DNA of 64,000 bases from Verrucomicrobiia bacterium. Its GTDB lineage: Bacteria > Verrucomicrobiota > Verrucomicrobiia > Palsa-1439. Both the position numbers and the translations under genes were made by a program. Location: assembly GCA_035577545.1 (NCBI GenBank), contig DATLVI010000009.1:3696-67695 (forward strand), written 5' to 3'. Shown here piece by piece: positions 17,453 through 28,904 of this stretch; the stretch's first letter is position 1; every line of letters starts with the position of its first letter. The notes under the pieces were generated by a model. That model was not told the DNA's origin. It did no database searches and worked only from the letters and a program-made list of their open reading frames with translations.

Positions 17453-20400
17453 ATGACCATGCCACATCCGCTCCGAGTGACCACGCACAATTTCCGCAAA
17501 TCCCTGAAGTCACTCGCGGCGGGAGCCATGGCCGTTGGATTGGCCCTATTCATAGGTGTGGGTGACACGCAGGCGCAGGTCACGTACAATTTTACCAATA
17601 CTGCAGCCACCGCTTTCCTCAGTGATCCCAACGCTTGGAGCCCGGTCGGTGGCCCCGGGACAAACCTCGACACCTTTACGATTCTACAGGCGGCGACGAA
17701 GACCCTGCGGCTGACCAACAATTTCTTGAACAATGGCTCGTTTCAAATCGGTGCCAGCGGGGGTGGCCAAACCCTCAATCTTACCCTGGACTTTGGAACG
17801 AACACATTTGTGGGCCTCAATGGGAATACAACCAGCGGCTCGGACTTCGTGTTTGGCCAACAGGGGACCACGATCGTTTACATTGCTTGTGGAAGCATGT
17901 ACAACACCAATGCTGGCGCGCCAACGGGCAATGCTCGCATGACTGTTGGACGCAACTCGGGTGCCGCGACATCCATCTTTTTCACCAACGGCACGTTCGT
18001 CGGGGGTATTACGGTCATAGCGAATAATGCCGGTGCAACCCCTTCACAACTGGTTGTGAGCGGTTCCGGGTCGTCGTGGTCAAATGCGAACGGCATGTCG
18101 ATTGGTAACGTAGCGCTGGCCAACAATTGCTCGTTGGCGATATCCAACTCGGCCTCCATGACCGTGATGAGCACTTTCCAATTGGGTTTCCAGGCTCCTT
18201 CCAGCTTTAATTCAGTCATTGTGGACTCGAGCGGGCAGCTATTCACCAGGAATCAGACCGCCACGATTGGCGCTGGCAGCGGTTCGTCAAATAATACAGT
18301 GACCGTACAAGGTGGCGGCATCTGGGATAATGGCGGACGAATCATTCAGGTCGGCAATACCACTGGCGTTGGGTCAAACAATTCACTCGTCGTGGGTAAT
18401 AATGGAGTGGTCTCCAACGTTACCGTGGTGACCATCGCTGCTGGGGATTCGCTGAAAATGGCGGGTGGGTTGCTGCGGGCATCGGTGGGAGTAACCAATA
18501 ACGCCGGCGCGATTACGGGCTTCGGTACGATTGCGGCCAATACTGCCTACACAGCGGGTACTTCGGCGCTGTCACTTGGTTCGGGAAGCTCGGTAGGAAC
18601 GCTTACGTTCACCAACAACCTCTCTCTCGTCTCGGGCACGACGACCAGAATCAAGTTGGACAGCAGTCAGTCCGGCAGCAATGATTTTCTCAACGTCCTT
18701 GGCACCCTGGCCAACGCCGGGACGATCACGATCGTCACCAACGGCACTGCGCCTCTTTCGGCGGGCGACGTTTACACGATTTTCGCGGCGGGAGCCTTGA
18801 GCGGCGGCTTTACCTCCAGCAACCTGCCGGCACTGGATCCGAGCTTGCGCTATGACCTCACGCAATTTCCCCAAGGCATTCTCAAGATCGTCCCGCAAGA
18901 AGTTGTGCCGGGGCTGACCGGCCCGACGAACCAGGTGATCCTCGTTGGCAGTAACGCCATCATTAGCGCCACCGTAACCGGTGTGCCGACACCGGGAGTG
19001 TACTGGCAGTACAACGGCAATAATATCACAGACGGCGCGACCGGAAACGGTTCGACGATTGCCGGAAGCCAGACCCTGACGCTGACTCTTTCGAATGGAC
19101 AGACCAACGACAGCGGCAGTTATTGCATCATTGCCACCAACAGTCAGGGCTCGGCGACGAACTGCATGGGCCTCACGGTCTCAAATGGCAACGTTCCGCC
19201 GAGTATCAGTGGCATGTCGGATCAGACCGTCATTCAGGGCAACAATGGCACGTTCAATGCCTCGGTTGCCGGCTCACCTTCGCCCGGGGTTAAATGGCAG
19301 GTCAACGGGATTGATATTCCCGGCGCGACGGGCATTCCGCTCATCCTGACGAATGTTCAATTTTCCCAGGACGGGTTCCTCTATACATTGATTGCGACCA
19401 ACAGCTCGGGCAGTGCAACCAATAGCCAGACGTTGCACGTCATTGTCGCCCCGATCATCGCCACGCAGCCGCAAAGTTTGGTGGTCACGCAGACGCAGAG
19501 CGCAACCTTCTGTGTGGTGTCCACCAATGGCGTGCCGACACCGACCTATCAATGGTTCTTCGGAAACAGCTCCATCCTGAACGCCACCAGTACATGCTAC
19601 ACGATTACGAGCGCGACTCCGGCTAACGCGGGCACCTACCGTGTCCGAATCACTAACACCGCGGGGACTATCGATAGCACCAACGTGACACTCACGGTTA
19701 ATTCCACGATGGCCGCTGTGCTGACGCCGGCCAACGGCGCTCCGAGCGTGTGTTACGATACGCCGCTGTTCATGGCGTTTGACCGCCTGCCTGTGTTGAA
19801 CGGCGCTGGTAAAGTCTCGATTTACAATGTGACCAATCCCGCGTCGGCTGTGGATACAATCGACACAAGTCTCGGTGTGCTGCAGTCGCGCACCATCGGC
19901 GGCGAAACATTCAGCACGTTCCCGGTCATCATCACCGGTACGACCGTCGCGATCTACCCGCATCTCGGCGTGTTGGGTACGAACCAGACGTATTTTGTCA
20001 CTGTGGACGCCGGCATCTTCACCGATACCAACGGCGCCTTGTATGCCGGCATCGTCAGCACAAACGGCTGGGTCTTCACGACCAAGCCCGCCGGCCCGGC
20101 TAATCCGCTCAATGTTATTGTGAGCACCAATGAGAGTGACGACTTCGCGACCGTCCAGGGCGCGGTGGATTCAGTGCCAGCGAACAACACGACGCCAACG
20201 TTGATCAATATCCGCAACGGCACCTACACGGAAATCGTCGACACGCGGCTCAAGAACAACATCACATTCCGCGGCCAGGACCGGACGAAGACGCGCGTTG
20301 GTTACCCCAATAACAATAATATCAACGGCAGCACGGCGAATCGTATGGCCTTCAAGATCAATGCCAACGATAACGCGATTGAGAACATGACCGTGACCAA

Positions 20401-21886
20401 TATGACGCCCAAGGGCGGGTCACAGGCCGAGGCAATCATGGTCAATACGGCGGCCAGGCGGTTCATTCTCAACTACGCGGAAGTGGACAGCTTCCAGGAC
20501 ACGATCCTCATCAACGACTTCAGCTCGCAGGCATACTTCTACAAGAGCTTGATCGTGGGTGATACGGACTTCATCTGGGGTGTTGGGAATCTTTTCGCTA
20601 CAAACTGTGAAATCCGCTCGGTGACTGGCGGCGCTTCGATTACCCAACCGCGAACTCCCGCCGGCAGCAACGGCTTGGACTTCGTGGACTGCCAGATTAC
20701 AAGAGGCGGCACGAATGTCACTAATACCACGTTCGGGCGCGCGCTCGGGTTCTGCGATGGCAATGCCGCCTTTATCAATTGCCAAATCGACAGCAATGTC
20801 GTGGGCTGGACAGCGGCGGATCTTACGGGGTGTCCGAATCTGCGGTGGTGGACCTACAACGACACCGACCTGCTCACGGGCAGCCCGCTGTCGTTTAACG
20901 GCGTCACCCTGACTAATGGCGATCCGAATCTGGCGTGTGCCTTAAGTCCGACCTGCTGGCTCAGCGGCTGGGTGCCGCAACTCGCCCCGAACATCTTGAC
21001 GAACCCGGTCAGCGTGACGGTCACAGCGGGCGTCAACGCGACATTCACCGTGGCTGCCACCGGTATTCCCGATCCGAACTATCAGTGGCTCAAGAATGGT
21101 GCGACCATCACCGGTGCGACGGGCCCCACGTTTGTCATCCCGAGCGCGCTGGCAGGCGACGCGGGAGGGTATTCCGTGATCGTTTCGAATATCGCGGGTT
21201 CAATCACCAGCGGCAGCGCGACGTTGACGGTCGTGGGCACGGGTCCATCGGCCAGCTTTACGGCGGCACCGACCAGTGGTACGGAACCGTTGGCTGTGAC
21301 CTTTACGGATACATCGAGCGGATCGCCGAACATCACCCTGTTCTGGGATCTTGGTGACAGCACCACAACGAATCTGGCGGGTGGGACTACCCTGGTGCAT
21401 TCGTATGCGGCAGGTACCTACACCGTAACCTTGACCGCGAGCAACGCCTTCGGCGCCAACAGCACGATTGTCTCGAACAACCTGATTACCGTGGTCACAG
21501 CATTCCAAGCGTGGCAATTGTCGCACTTCGGTTGCACCAACTGCCCACAGGCGGCCGCGAGTGCGGATCCCGATGGCGATGGCCAGAACAACCTCGCTGA
21601 ATTCCTGGCGGGGACTGACCCGAACAATAGCGCGTCGGGGTTACACATCAGCTCCGTGGCGCGATCCGGCAGTGACGTGGTCATCACATGGGCCACGGCC
21701 GGTGGGGCCACCAATGTTGTGCAGGCGACCGCAGGCGATGGGAACGGCGGGTACACCACCAACTTCAGCGATTTGAGTGGGCCCATCGTCATCACTGGCA
21801 GTGGTGATGCGAGCACGAACTATACGGATGTGGGCGGCGGAACGAACGTCCCGTCTCGCTACTATCGTGTGCGGTTGGCGCCATAG
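17453..21886 (+). CDS. Giant secreted modular pectin methylesterase of 1477 aa (signal peptide, beta-helix/PATR region, Ig-like domains, CE8 pectinesterase, Ig-like, PKD, conserved C-terminal domain).
   Basis: CE8 motifs: GSQAEAIMV, FQDTILIN and GDTDFIWG. The Ig-like units have a YQW[FY]xN motif. PKD domain: SASFTAAPTSGTEPLAVTFTDTSSG...WDLGDSTTT. The C-terminus ...AFQAWQLSHFGCTNCPQAAASADPDGDGQNNLAEFLAGTDPN...SRYYRVRLAP. Confidence 0.85.
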   Translation: MTMPHPLRVTTHNFRKSLKSLAAGAMAVGLALFIGVGDTQAQVTYNFTNTAATAFLSDPNAWSPVGGPGTNLDTFTILQAATKTLRLTNNFLNNGSFQIGASGGGQTLNLTLDFGTNTFVGLNGNTTSGSDFVFGQQGTTIVYIACGSMYNTNAGAPTGNARMTVGRNSGAATSIFFTNGTFVGGITVIANNAGATPSQLVVSGSGSSWSNANGMSIGNVALANNCSLAISNSASMTVMSTFQLGFQAPSSFNSVIVDSSGQLFTRNQTATIGAGSGSSNNTVTVQGGGIWDNGGRIIQVGNTTGVGSNNSLVVGNNGVVSNVTVVTIAAGDSLKMAGGLLRASVGVTNNAGAITGFGTIAANTAYTAGTSALSLGSGSSVGTLTFTNNLSLVSGTTTRIKLDSSQSGSNDFLNVLGTLANAGTITIVTNGTAPLSAGDVYTIFAAGALSGGFTSSNLPALDPSLRYDLTQFPQGILKIVPQEVVPGLTGPTNQVILVGSNAIISATVTGVPTPGVYWQYNGNNITDGATGNGSTIAGSQTLTLTLSNGQTNDSGSYCIIATNSQGSATNCMGLTVSNGNVPPSISGMSDQTVIQGNNGTFNASVAGSPSPGVKWQVNGIDIPGATGIPLILTNVQFSQDGFLYTLIATNSSGSATNSQTLHVIVAPIIATQPQSLVVTQTQSATFCVVSTNGVPTPTYQWFFGNSSILNATSTCYTITSATPANAGTYRVRITNTAGTIDSTNVTLTVNSTMAAVLTPANGAPSVCYDTPLFMAFDRLPVLNGAGKVSIYNVTNPASAVDTIDTSLGVLQSRTIGGETFSTFPVIITGTTVAIYPHLGVLGTNQTYFVTVDAGIFTDTNGALYAGIVSTNGWVFTTKPAGPANPLNVIVSTNESDDFATVQGAVDSVPANNTTPTLINIRNGTYTEIVDTRLKNNITFRGQDRTKTRVGYPNNNNINGSTANRMAFKINANDNAIENMTVTNMTPKGGSQAEAIMVNTAARRFILNYAEVDSFQDTILINDFSSQAYFYKSLIVGDTDFIWGVGNLFATNCEIRSVTGGASITQPRTPAGSNGLDFVDCQITRGGTNVTNTTFGRALGFCDGNAAFINCQIDSNVVGWTAADLTGCPNLRWWTYNDTDLLTGSPLSFNGVTLTNGDPNLACALSPTCWLSGWVPQLAPNILTNPVSVTVTAGVNATFTVAATGIPDPNYQWLKNGATITGATGPTFVIPSALAGDAGGYSVIVSNIAGSITSGSATLTVVGTGPSASFTAAPTSGTEPLAVTFTDTSSGSPNITLFWDLGDSTTTNLAGGTTLVHSYAAGTYTVTLTASNAFGANSTIVSNNLITVVTAFQAWQLSHFGCTNCPQAAASADPDGDGQNNLAEFLAGTDPNNSASGLHISSVARSGSDVVITWATAGGATNVVQATAGDGNGGYTTNFSDLSGPIVITGSGDASTNYTDVGGGTNVPSRYYRVRLAP

Positions 21887-21908
21887 GTAATAAATAAGCC
21901 AATAATCG

Positions 21909-21944
21909 CGAATGGCCATCCACGACAAGGTGGGTGGCCATTCG
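21909..21944 (+). terminator. Hairpin immediately 3' of the giant pectin methylesterase gene (15-bp arms with one mismatch and a 6-nt loop). No clear U-tract.
   Basis: CGAATGGCCATCCAC-GACAAG-GTGGGTGGCCATTCG, read from the sequence. Confidence 0.35.
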
Positions 21945-22071
21945 AACATGTTGCAGGTTCGTCGGAAGTGGAAGAAATGTTTGTTAGAAGTATAGTATCC
22001 CCATGACGGGAAGCAGGGTTATCGTTCGAGGGCGGAGTATGCACCGCCGGGGTGGGCGGTCATTAAGTAAA

Positions 22072-25000
22072 ATGCCCGGGTTGCACCACGTTTTTGCCGC
22101 ATTCCTGCTGTTTGTGTCCGCTGGATTGGCACGCGCCGGCACCCCTCCGCTCCCGACTTTCAACAGCAACCTCGTCTTCGACGTGACCAACACAGTGTTT
22201 GCCGGTGGTGCGCTGGGCGACGGCGTTTCCAACAACGCCGCGGCAATTCAAGCGGCCATCAACATGATCTCGACGAATATCGTCGCAGGCGCCACGGGTG
22301 GCACCGTTCGCGTGCGGGCCGTTGGGACGTTTACCAACTATTTGTCCGGACCAATTGCGCTCAAGAGCCACGTCAATCTCTTGATCGACACCAACACGAC
22401 GTTGACGATGCTCTCCATGGCCAATTGGCCGAGCACGATTACCTTCTTGAGCGGGGGCACGATTACTGATAGCGCGATCAGCGGCGCGGGGACGATCGAT
22501 GGCCATGCCTCATTTATCTCCGGCACCACGACGAATTGGTGGGGCACTTCGGGCGGCAATAATGCGGTTGCCAACCGCCCAAACATGATCGAGTACGACG
22601 GCAGTAAACGGGTGCTGATTCAGGGCGTGACGCTCCAGAACCCGCCCACCTTTCATATCATGGTGCATAACAACAACAACGGTCTGACGATCCAGAATAT
22701 CAAGATCGCCACCGCGAGCGGCTCGCAGAACACGGACGGCATCGATCTGGCCTCCACGAATGTGTTGATCCAGGGGTGTTCCATCAGCGACGGGGATGAC
22801 AATATCCAGATTGGTAGCAGTTCGGCGTTGGCGTCGGACATCACGATTACCAACTGCCTCTTCGGTAGTGGTCATGGCCTGTCGATTGGCAGTCCCACGC
22901 AAGCCGGGGTAAACAATCTTATCGTAAGCAACTGTACCTGGAATGGCTGCGAGTATGGCATACATATGAAGACCGACCGCGACATCGGCGGCTCGATTCA
23001 TGACCTGAAGTATCTCGACCTTGTCATGAGCAATGTGAATTTCTTCGTCGCGATCTACCCCTACTATCATCAAATTGGCTCGCCTTCGAGTAGCATTAAC
23101 GTCAGTCCTTTCATGGCGGCCACGGACACGGTCCACACCGTTACCGGTACGACCCCGATTTTCAAGAACATCACCATCAGCAACGTGACGGTGACTTCGA
23201 TCGGCGCAAATATCGCGGGAATCATTTGGGGATTACCGGAATCGCTCGTGTCCAACGTTAACATCTCGAAAGTCAGTATCGCCACGCATAACAAAACGCT
23301 TTGTATTTATAACAGCAAGGCCGTTCAAATCACTGACTCCACCCTGACCCTGCCCACCACCAGCACCAACACGTTGACGCTCTACAATGCTCAGGTCACC
23401 GTTACCAATAGCACCCTCAATGCGAATCCGGTGACAATGACCGGATTGGCCTACAATGGCACGAATACGCTGGTCTTCGGGACCAATACGCTCGCGTTCT
23501 TCAACGGCAACGCGAGTGTCGTCACCACCAACCTACTCGCCATCGGTTCCACCACACTGTCGGGCAGTACGCTGACCTTCAGTCAGAGTTCCATTACGTA
23601 TTCCAACCCACTGAATGTTCTTGCAGCCAGCACTTTCGTGGTCAGCGCCGGTACCAACATATTTAGCGGCGTACTGACTGGTCCCGGACCGTTGACGCTC
23701 AGTTTCGTTACACCGTCGTTCAGCATGTTATCGGTGCGGGGTAACTGGTCGGGCTTTAGCGGGACGGTTTCCAACGCCAACGGCGGCATTCTCCGCTTTG
23801 ATCAGGGAACGAATGCCTGGGGCGATGGCAATGCCGTGTTCGCAAACGGCCTTTCGGGAATCCTGAACAACCACGCGACAAATAGCATCATGATTTCACT
23901 GGGCGCTCTCTCGGGTGGGACGTCGTCGACCCTGGCCGGCAGCGACCAGACCGGGCCGGGGATCGACACCTATGCCATTGGCGGCCTCAACTCGAACACG
24001 ACATTTGATGGCACGATCACCGATGGGACAAGTCTCAGCACACCCCACACCGTCGCCCTGACGAAGGCTGGGAGTGGTAGCTTCACGATTTCTGGTGCCA
24101 ATACCTACTCCGGCGGCACGATGGTGAGCAACGGGACTCTGCTGGTGAACAACACCACCGGCAGTGGGACCGGCGCGGGTGCGGTCACCGTCGTCAGCGC
24201 CGGGACCTTGGGCGGTGGCGGTATCATCGGTGGATCGCTGACCGTGAGCGGTACACTGGCACCGGGGAATAGTCCCGGCACACTGACGATCAGCAACGAT
24301 GTGGTAGTCAATGGCGGCGCGGTCTTGCGATACGAGCTGGGCACGAATAGCGACCTGACGGTGGTGAGTGGAAACCTGACCTTGGGCGGTACGATCAATG
24401 TAATCGACGCTGGCGGGTTCACCAATACCGCGTACACACTGTTCACCTACGGCGGCGCGCTGACGTACAACGGCGTCACGATCGGCACCACGCCGAACAC
24501 CAACTTCACGTATGTGATTAACACCAATACCGCTGGTCTTGTGAAATTGGATGTTTCCGGTTCTGCAGCATCTCCGACAGCCAGTTTCACAGCCATTCCG
24601 ACCTCGGGCGTTGCGCCATTGGGAGTTACCTTCACGGATACTTCAACGGGATCGATCACTAATCTGTTCTGGGACTTTGGCGACAGCAGTACAACCAACA
24701 CGGCGGCAGCCGCTAACTTCGTGCACACGTACGGGGCTGTTGGCACGTACTCGGTGACGCTGGTTGCGAGCGGCCCGGGTGGCGATGGCACCAACTTTCA
24801 GTTGAATCTGGTCACGGTTCTCGATCCGTTCGTGGCATGGCAACTGCAATATTTTGGCTGCACCAACTGCGCACAGGCGGCGGGGGACGCCGATCCGTTG
24901 GGCAAAGGTATGAGCAACACAAATCAGTTTCTCGCGGGCCTCAACCCGACCAACGCGGCTTCGGCGCTACGGATCATCTCCGCCATGCGGCAAGGCAGCG

Positions 25001-25212
25001 ACGTCGTGATCACATGGACGACAGCGGGCGGCCACACCAACGCCGTACAGGCCACTAGCGGTGATGGGAATGGCGGTTATGCCACCAACTTTACGGACAT
25101 CAGTGGTCCGGTCATTATTACGGGCAGCGGGGATGCAACAACCAATTACCTGGATACTGGCGGCGTGACGAATGGCCTGTCGCGGTATTATCGAGTCCGG
25201 CTGGTGCCATAG
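22072..25212 (+). CDS. Giant secreted modular GH28 polygalacturonase (N-terminal GH28, PATR repeats, PKD, conserved C-terminal domain).
   Basis: Start at MPGLHHVFAAFLLFVSAGLARA (signal peptide); alternative ATGs are at 22039 and 22003. GH28 motifs: QNTDGIDL, GDDNIQIGS, GHGLSIGS and IHMK. PATR-like repeat ...LTKAGSGSFTISGANTYSGGTMVSNGTLLVNN. The C-terminus ...FVAWQLQYFGCTNC...DPLGKGMSNTNQFLAGLNPTN...SRYYRVRLVP. Confidence 0.85.
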   Translation: MPGLHHVFAAFLLFVSAGLARAGTPPLPTFNSNLVFDVTNTVFAGGALGDGVSNNAAAIQAAINMISTNIVAGATGGTVRVRAVGTFTNYLSGPIALKSHVNLLIDTNTTLTMLSMANWPSTITFLSGGTITDSAISGAGTIDGHASFISGTTTNWWGTSGGNNAVANRPNMIEYDGSKRVLIQGVTLQNPPTFHIMVHNNNNGLTIQNIKIATASGSQNTDGIDLASTNVLIQGCSISDGDDNIQIGSSSALASDITITNCLFGSGHGLSIGSPTQAGVNNLIVSNCTWNGCEYGIHMKTDRDIGGSIHDLKYLDLVMSNVNFFVAIYPYYHQIGSPSSSINVSPFMAATDTVHTVTGTTPIFKNITISNVTVTSIGANIAGIIWGLPESLVSNVNISKVSIATHNKTLCIYNSKAVQITDSTLTLPTTSTNTLTLYNAQVTVTNSTLNANPVTMTGLAYNGTNTLVFGTNTLAFFNGNASVVTTNLLAIGSTTLSGSTLTFSQSSITYSNPLNVLAASTFVVSAGTNIFSGVLTGPGPLTLSFVTPSFSMLSVRGNWSGFSGTVSNANGGILRFDQGTNAWGDGNAVFANGLSGILNNHATNSIMISLGALSGGTSSTLAGSDQTGPGIDTYAIGGLNSNTTFDGTITDGTSLSTPHTVALTKAGSGSFTISGANTYSGGTMVSNGTLLVNNTTGSGTGAGAVTVVSAGTLGGGGIIGGSLTVSGTLAPGNSPGTLTISNDVVVNGGAVLRYELGTNSDLTVVSGNLTLGGTINVIDAGGFTNTAYTLFTYGGALTYNGVTIGTTPNTNFTYVINTNTAGLVKLDVSGSAASPTASFTAIPTSGVAPLGVTFTDTSTGSITNLFWDFGDSSTTNTAAAANFVHTYGAVGTYSVTLVASGPGGDGTNFQLNLVTVLDPFVAWQLQYFGCTNCAQAAGDADPLGKGMSNTNQFLAGLNPTNAASALRIISAMRQGSDVVITWTTAGGHTNAVQATSGDGNGGYATNFTDISGPVIITGSGDATTNYLDTGGVTNGLSRYYRVRLVP

Positions 25213-25250
25213 AACATTCGCGCGGATGTAGAGAATAGGAGCACGTGGAT

Positions 25251-28200
25251 ATGCAACGTATATACAGGATCATTTTGATGCTGGTTGTTTTGTTGGGACT
25301 GACCGCTTCCAATTTCGCCACCGTTTATCTTGATGACTTCTGGAGCGATGGGTTGCGCACGACCCAGAACCTGCCGACTGAGTCCGCATGGTTCGCGTCC
25401 AGTAGCGGATCGCTGGCGGCGACGCCGGGATCGATGAACCTGTCAATGGGCAGCAGCGCTATCCTGGTGCTCACGTATTATACGACCAACAGCACCAGTC
25501 CCGTGCAACTGGGTGTCGGTGACGCGCTCACAGCCACATTCAACCTGACGTTCAGCGGCCTGGCCGCATCGAATACTTCGCAGGGGTTTCGGATCGGGTT
25601 ATTTGATTTTGCCGACTCAACACTTTCTCCCAAGCGGGTGACCGCGGACGGTTTTAGCAGCAGTTCTCAGGGAGCCGGGGTGCAAGGATATGCGCTTTTA
25701 CAAAACATGAGTCCACAGTTCAACAACTCCACCCCGATGGACATTCGCAAACGTACGACTTTGACGGACAATTCTCTGTTAGGAACGAGCAGCGACTATA
25801 CTTCGCTGGGCACCGGGCCCGGGAACGTCACCGCATTTCCCGGGTTCTCGAACGGCACGAATTACATCCTGCAGATTACCCTGCAACGCACGGCTACCAA
25901 TACGATGGCGATTACGGCTTCCTGGCTGAATACCGCCAACGGAGCGACTCTGATTACGAGTGAAACCGATACCGGGGCCACGAATTTTAATTTCGATGGG
26001 ATCGGCCTGCGTCCACTGACAGCGGCTTCCACGGCGACAACAATTACTTTCCAGGAAGCAAAGGTTGAATTCATCCCGGCAAACACGCCCGCCACTGTCA
26101 CATCAGACCCGCAGGACCAGGCGGTGTTCGTGGGCCAGAACGCCTCGTTTGGGGTTCTCGCGAGCGGCTCACCGCCGTTGAGCTATCAATGGTATTACAA
26201 CGGCATAACGCTGCTGACCAATGCGACCAGTGCCACCTTGACACTCACGAATTGCCAGATTTCAGATTCCGGCCAATATTCCGTCATCGTCTCAAATACT
26301 TCGGGTGTTGATACCAGCGGCGTTGCCAATCTCTCGGTGACCATCCCAACCGCGCCCAGCATCGGCACGCAACCGCAGGGCGGAACTGTTCTGCCCGGCA
26401 GCAGCTTCAGTTTCAACGTGGTCGCGGGCGGCTCCCAGCCCCTGACCTACCAGTGGTTCCTTAACAACACGACCACAATTACCGGCGGAAACGATTCGAC
26501 ATTGACACTGACCAATATCCAACCGGGCCAGGCAGGTAATTATTCGGTGTTGGTGAGCAATCTTGCGGGCACGGCTACGAGTTCCAACGCAGTTCTAATC
26601 GTGAACACGAACCCTGTCGCGCCAGTGTTCATCAGCCAGCCATCTTCGCAGATCGCGCTGGCGGGGACGATAGTTAATTTCACTGCCGCAGCCGCCGGCA
26701 CGGCCCCGATCACGTATCAGTGGAGCAAGAACAATGTGGCGATTGCGGGTGCGACCGCCACCACGTTCAGCATTACCAATGTGCAGACTACCGACGATGG
26801 GAACTATTCCGTCACTGCCTCCAACAATGTCGGTGGGACAACTAGCGGAACAGCCCAATTGACCGTGACACCACCAGTGCCCGTGCCTCTGAGCGCCTAT
26901 AACTTGGTCGGCTTCGGCCAGGGCACCACGGGTGGCGGTGTTTTAGCGGATACAGATCCCAATTACGCGAAGGTCTTTACCGCGATCGATCTTGCCAACG
27001 CGCTCATCAGCAAGACGGTCAGGGTCATCGAGATCATGAACGATCTGAACCTTGGTTATAATGAAATCCCGGCAGCCGCCAAGGCCACGAGCGAGCCATT
27101 CCGCGCAGATTCCACGCCGCTGCTGCACCCCGTCTTGTTGACGACCGGGGTCAGTCTCATCGATATCCAAAAGAAAAACGGGCTGACAATCTTTTCCGCC
27201 AACGGCTCGACCATCCGCCACGCGCACCTGAACATCAAGGCTGGCTCCAACATCATCGTCCGCAATCTTAAGTTCGACCAACTGTGGGAATGGGATGAAG
27301 CTACCAAGGGCAATTACGACAAGAATAATTGGGACTTCATGACCATCGGTGACTCTGGTTCCATCACCGGCCTGTGGATTGATCACTGTACGTTTACGAA
27401 AGCCTATGATGGCATCGTGGACATCAAGAACGGGAGCGCGGGGATTACCATCTCCTGGTGCAAGTACACGGGTGATGACGGCGCGACCAACAATAACAGT
27501 TGGGTGTGGCAGCAGATCAACGCGCTCGAATCAAACAAGGCGAGTTACGTAATGTACAACACCCTGCGCACCGCCGGGTTTAGCAGTACTGACATAGTCA
27601 CCGTGATTCAGGGGCACGACAAGACCCATTTGATCGGCGCCAATGACATGGACCCGAACAATGCTTTGCACACCGTCACACTGCACCACGAGTGGTTCAT
27701 CAATCCATGGGATCGGTTGCCCCGTTTGCGCGGCGGTAATGTGCATGACTACAACATCTATGTGGACGACACGGCGGGAATCGCCGCCAAACATCTTCGC
27801 GACTCGCACCCATTCAGCAGTTCCTATAGCTTCAATCCATTCCTTAACGGAAGTATCTCCACCGAGAATGGGGCCACGCTGGTGGAGAAATCGGTGTACA
27901 TCGACTGCATCACACCACTGCGGAACAACCAGACCGATCCTTCGAACCCGGCATACACCGGGAAGATCCTGGCGCTGGATACAATCTATGTGAACCCGGC
28001 GGATGGCTCCGTGACGCGCGGCAACAGCACCGACCCGGGCAGTCAACTGGGCCCATTCCAGGCGCCAATCATTCCTTTCTCGTGGAATCTGGCCGGCAAC
28101 CAACTGCCGTACACTTATTTCCCGGATGATCCGAGCCAGTTACAGGGCATCGTCACCAGTCCCACGGCAGGAGCTGGCGCGGGAGTATTGACCTGGGCCA

Positions 28201-28904
28201 AGACAAACTGGCTGGTGACGTCCTATGCGCCGACGGCGCCGGTCATTGTCGCGGGCCCTCAGAACCAGAGTGTTTCCCAGAATACCACCATCAGCTTCAC
28301 GGTTGTGGCCGGGGGCAGCGCGCCATTGAGCTATCAGTGGTATTTCAATACCAACAGTCCGATTGCCGGTGCCACCAATTTCCTATTTACGCTCGCGAAT
28401 ATCCAGGCGACCAACGCCGGGATCTATTCGGCCATCGTCAGTAATAGTGTTGGCTCGACCAATAGTGCCGGTGCCACGCTTACGGTAAATGTGCCAACGA
28501 ATACGGATCCCTTTGCGGCGTGGCAGAACCAGTATTTCACACCGGACGAACTGGCCAACCCATCCTTCAGCGGGCCGGACGCTGATCCGCTGGGCAAGGG
28601 AATGAGCAACACCAACCAATTCCTTGCCGGTCTCAATCCGACCAATCCGGCGTCGGCGCTGCGGATCATCTCCGCAGTGAAGCAGGATAGTGATGTTTCG
28701 ATCTCATGGACAACGGCGGGCGCCCACACCAATGCTGTTCAGGCGACCGGCGGTGACGGGAGTGGCGGTTACTCAACCAACTTTACTGATATCAGCGGAC
28801 CAATCATCATCACGGGTAGTGGGGACGCAACCACCAATTACGCGGATAGTGGCGGTGCGACCAACAACCCAGCACGTTACTACCGCGTCCGGTTGGTGCC
28901 CTGA
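25251..28904 (+). CDS. Giant secreted modular PL1 pectate lyase (shared N-terminal module, 3 Ig-like domains, PL1 catalytic domain, Ig-like, conserved C-terminal domain).
   Basis: ATG at 25251 gives MQRIYRIILMLVVLLGLTASNFA; the track start is a GTG at 25245. PL1 motifs: WIDHCTF, DGIVDIK, ...HHEWFINPWDRLPRLRGGNVHDYNIY. The C-terminus ...FAAWQNQYF...DPLGKGMSNTNQFLAGLNPTN...ARYYRVRLVP. Confidence 0.85.
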   Translation: MQRIYRIILMLVVLLGLTASNFATVYLDDFWSDGLRTTQNLPTESAWFASSSGSLAATPGSMNLSMGSSAILVLTYYTTNSTSPVQLGVGDALTATFNLTFSGLAASNTSQGFRIGLFDFADSTLSPKRVTADGFSSSSQGAGVQGYALLQNMSPQFNNSTPMDIRKRTTLTDNSLLGTSSDYTSLGTGPGNVTAFPGFSNGTNYILQITLQRTATNTMAITASWLNTANGATLITSETDTGATNFNFDGIGLRPLTAASTATTITFQEAKVEFIPANTPATVTSDPQDQAVFVGQNASFGVLASGSPPLSYQWYYNGITLLTNATSATLTLTNCQISDSGQYSVIVSNTSGVDTSGVANLSVTIPTAPSIGTQPQGGTVLPGSSFSFNVVAGGSQPLTYQWFLNNTTTITGGNDSTLTLTNIQPGQAGNYSVLVSNLAGTATSSNAVLIVNTNPVAPVFISQPSSQIALAGTIVNFTAAAAGTAPITYQWSKNNVAIAGATATTFSITNVQTTDDGNYSVTASNNVGGTTSGTAQLTVTPPVPVPLSAYNLVGFGQGTTGGGVLADTDPNYAKVFTAIDLANALISKTVRVIEIMNDLNLGYNEIPAAAKATSEPFRADSTPLLHPVLLTTGVSLIDIQKKNGLTIFSANGSTIRHAHLNIKAGSNIIVRNLKFDQLWEWDEATKGNYDKNNWDFMTIGDSGSITGLWIDHCTFTKAYDGIVDIKNGSAGITISWCKYTGDDGATNNNSWVWQQINALESNKASYVMYNTLRTAGFSSTDIVTVIQGHDKTHLIGANDMDPNNALHTVTLHHEWFINPWDRLPRLRGGNVHDYNIYVDDTAGIAAKHLRDSHPFSSSYSFNPFLNGSISTENGATLVEKSVYIDCITPLRNNQTDPSNPAYTGKILALDTIYVNPADGSVTRGNSTDPGSQLGPFQAPIIPFSWNLAGNQLPYTYFPDDPSQLQGIVTSPTAGAGAGVLTWAKTNWLVTSYAPTAPVIVAGPQNQSVSQNTTISFTVVAGGSAPLSYQWYFNTNSPIAGATNFLFTLANIQATNAGIYSAIVSNSVGSTNSAGATLTVNVPTNTDPFAAWQNQYFTPDELANPSFSGPDADPLGKGMSNTNQFLAGLNPTNPASALRIISAVKQDSDVSISWTTAGAHTNAVQATGGDGSGGYSTNFTDISGPIIITGSGDATTNYADSGGATNNPARYYRVRLVP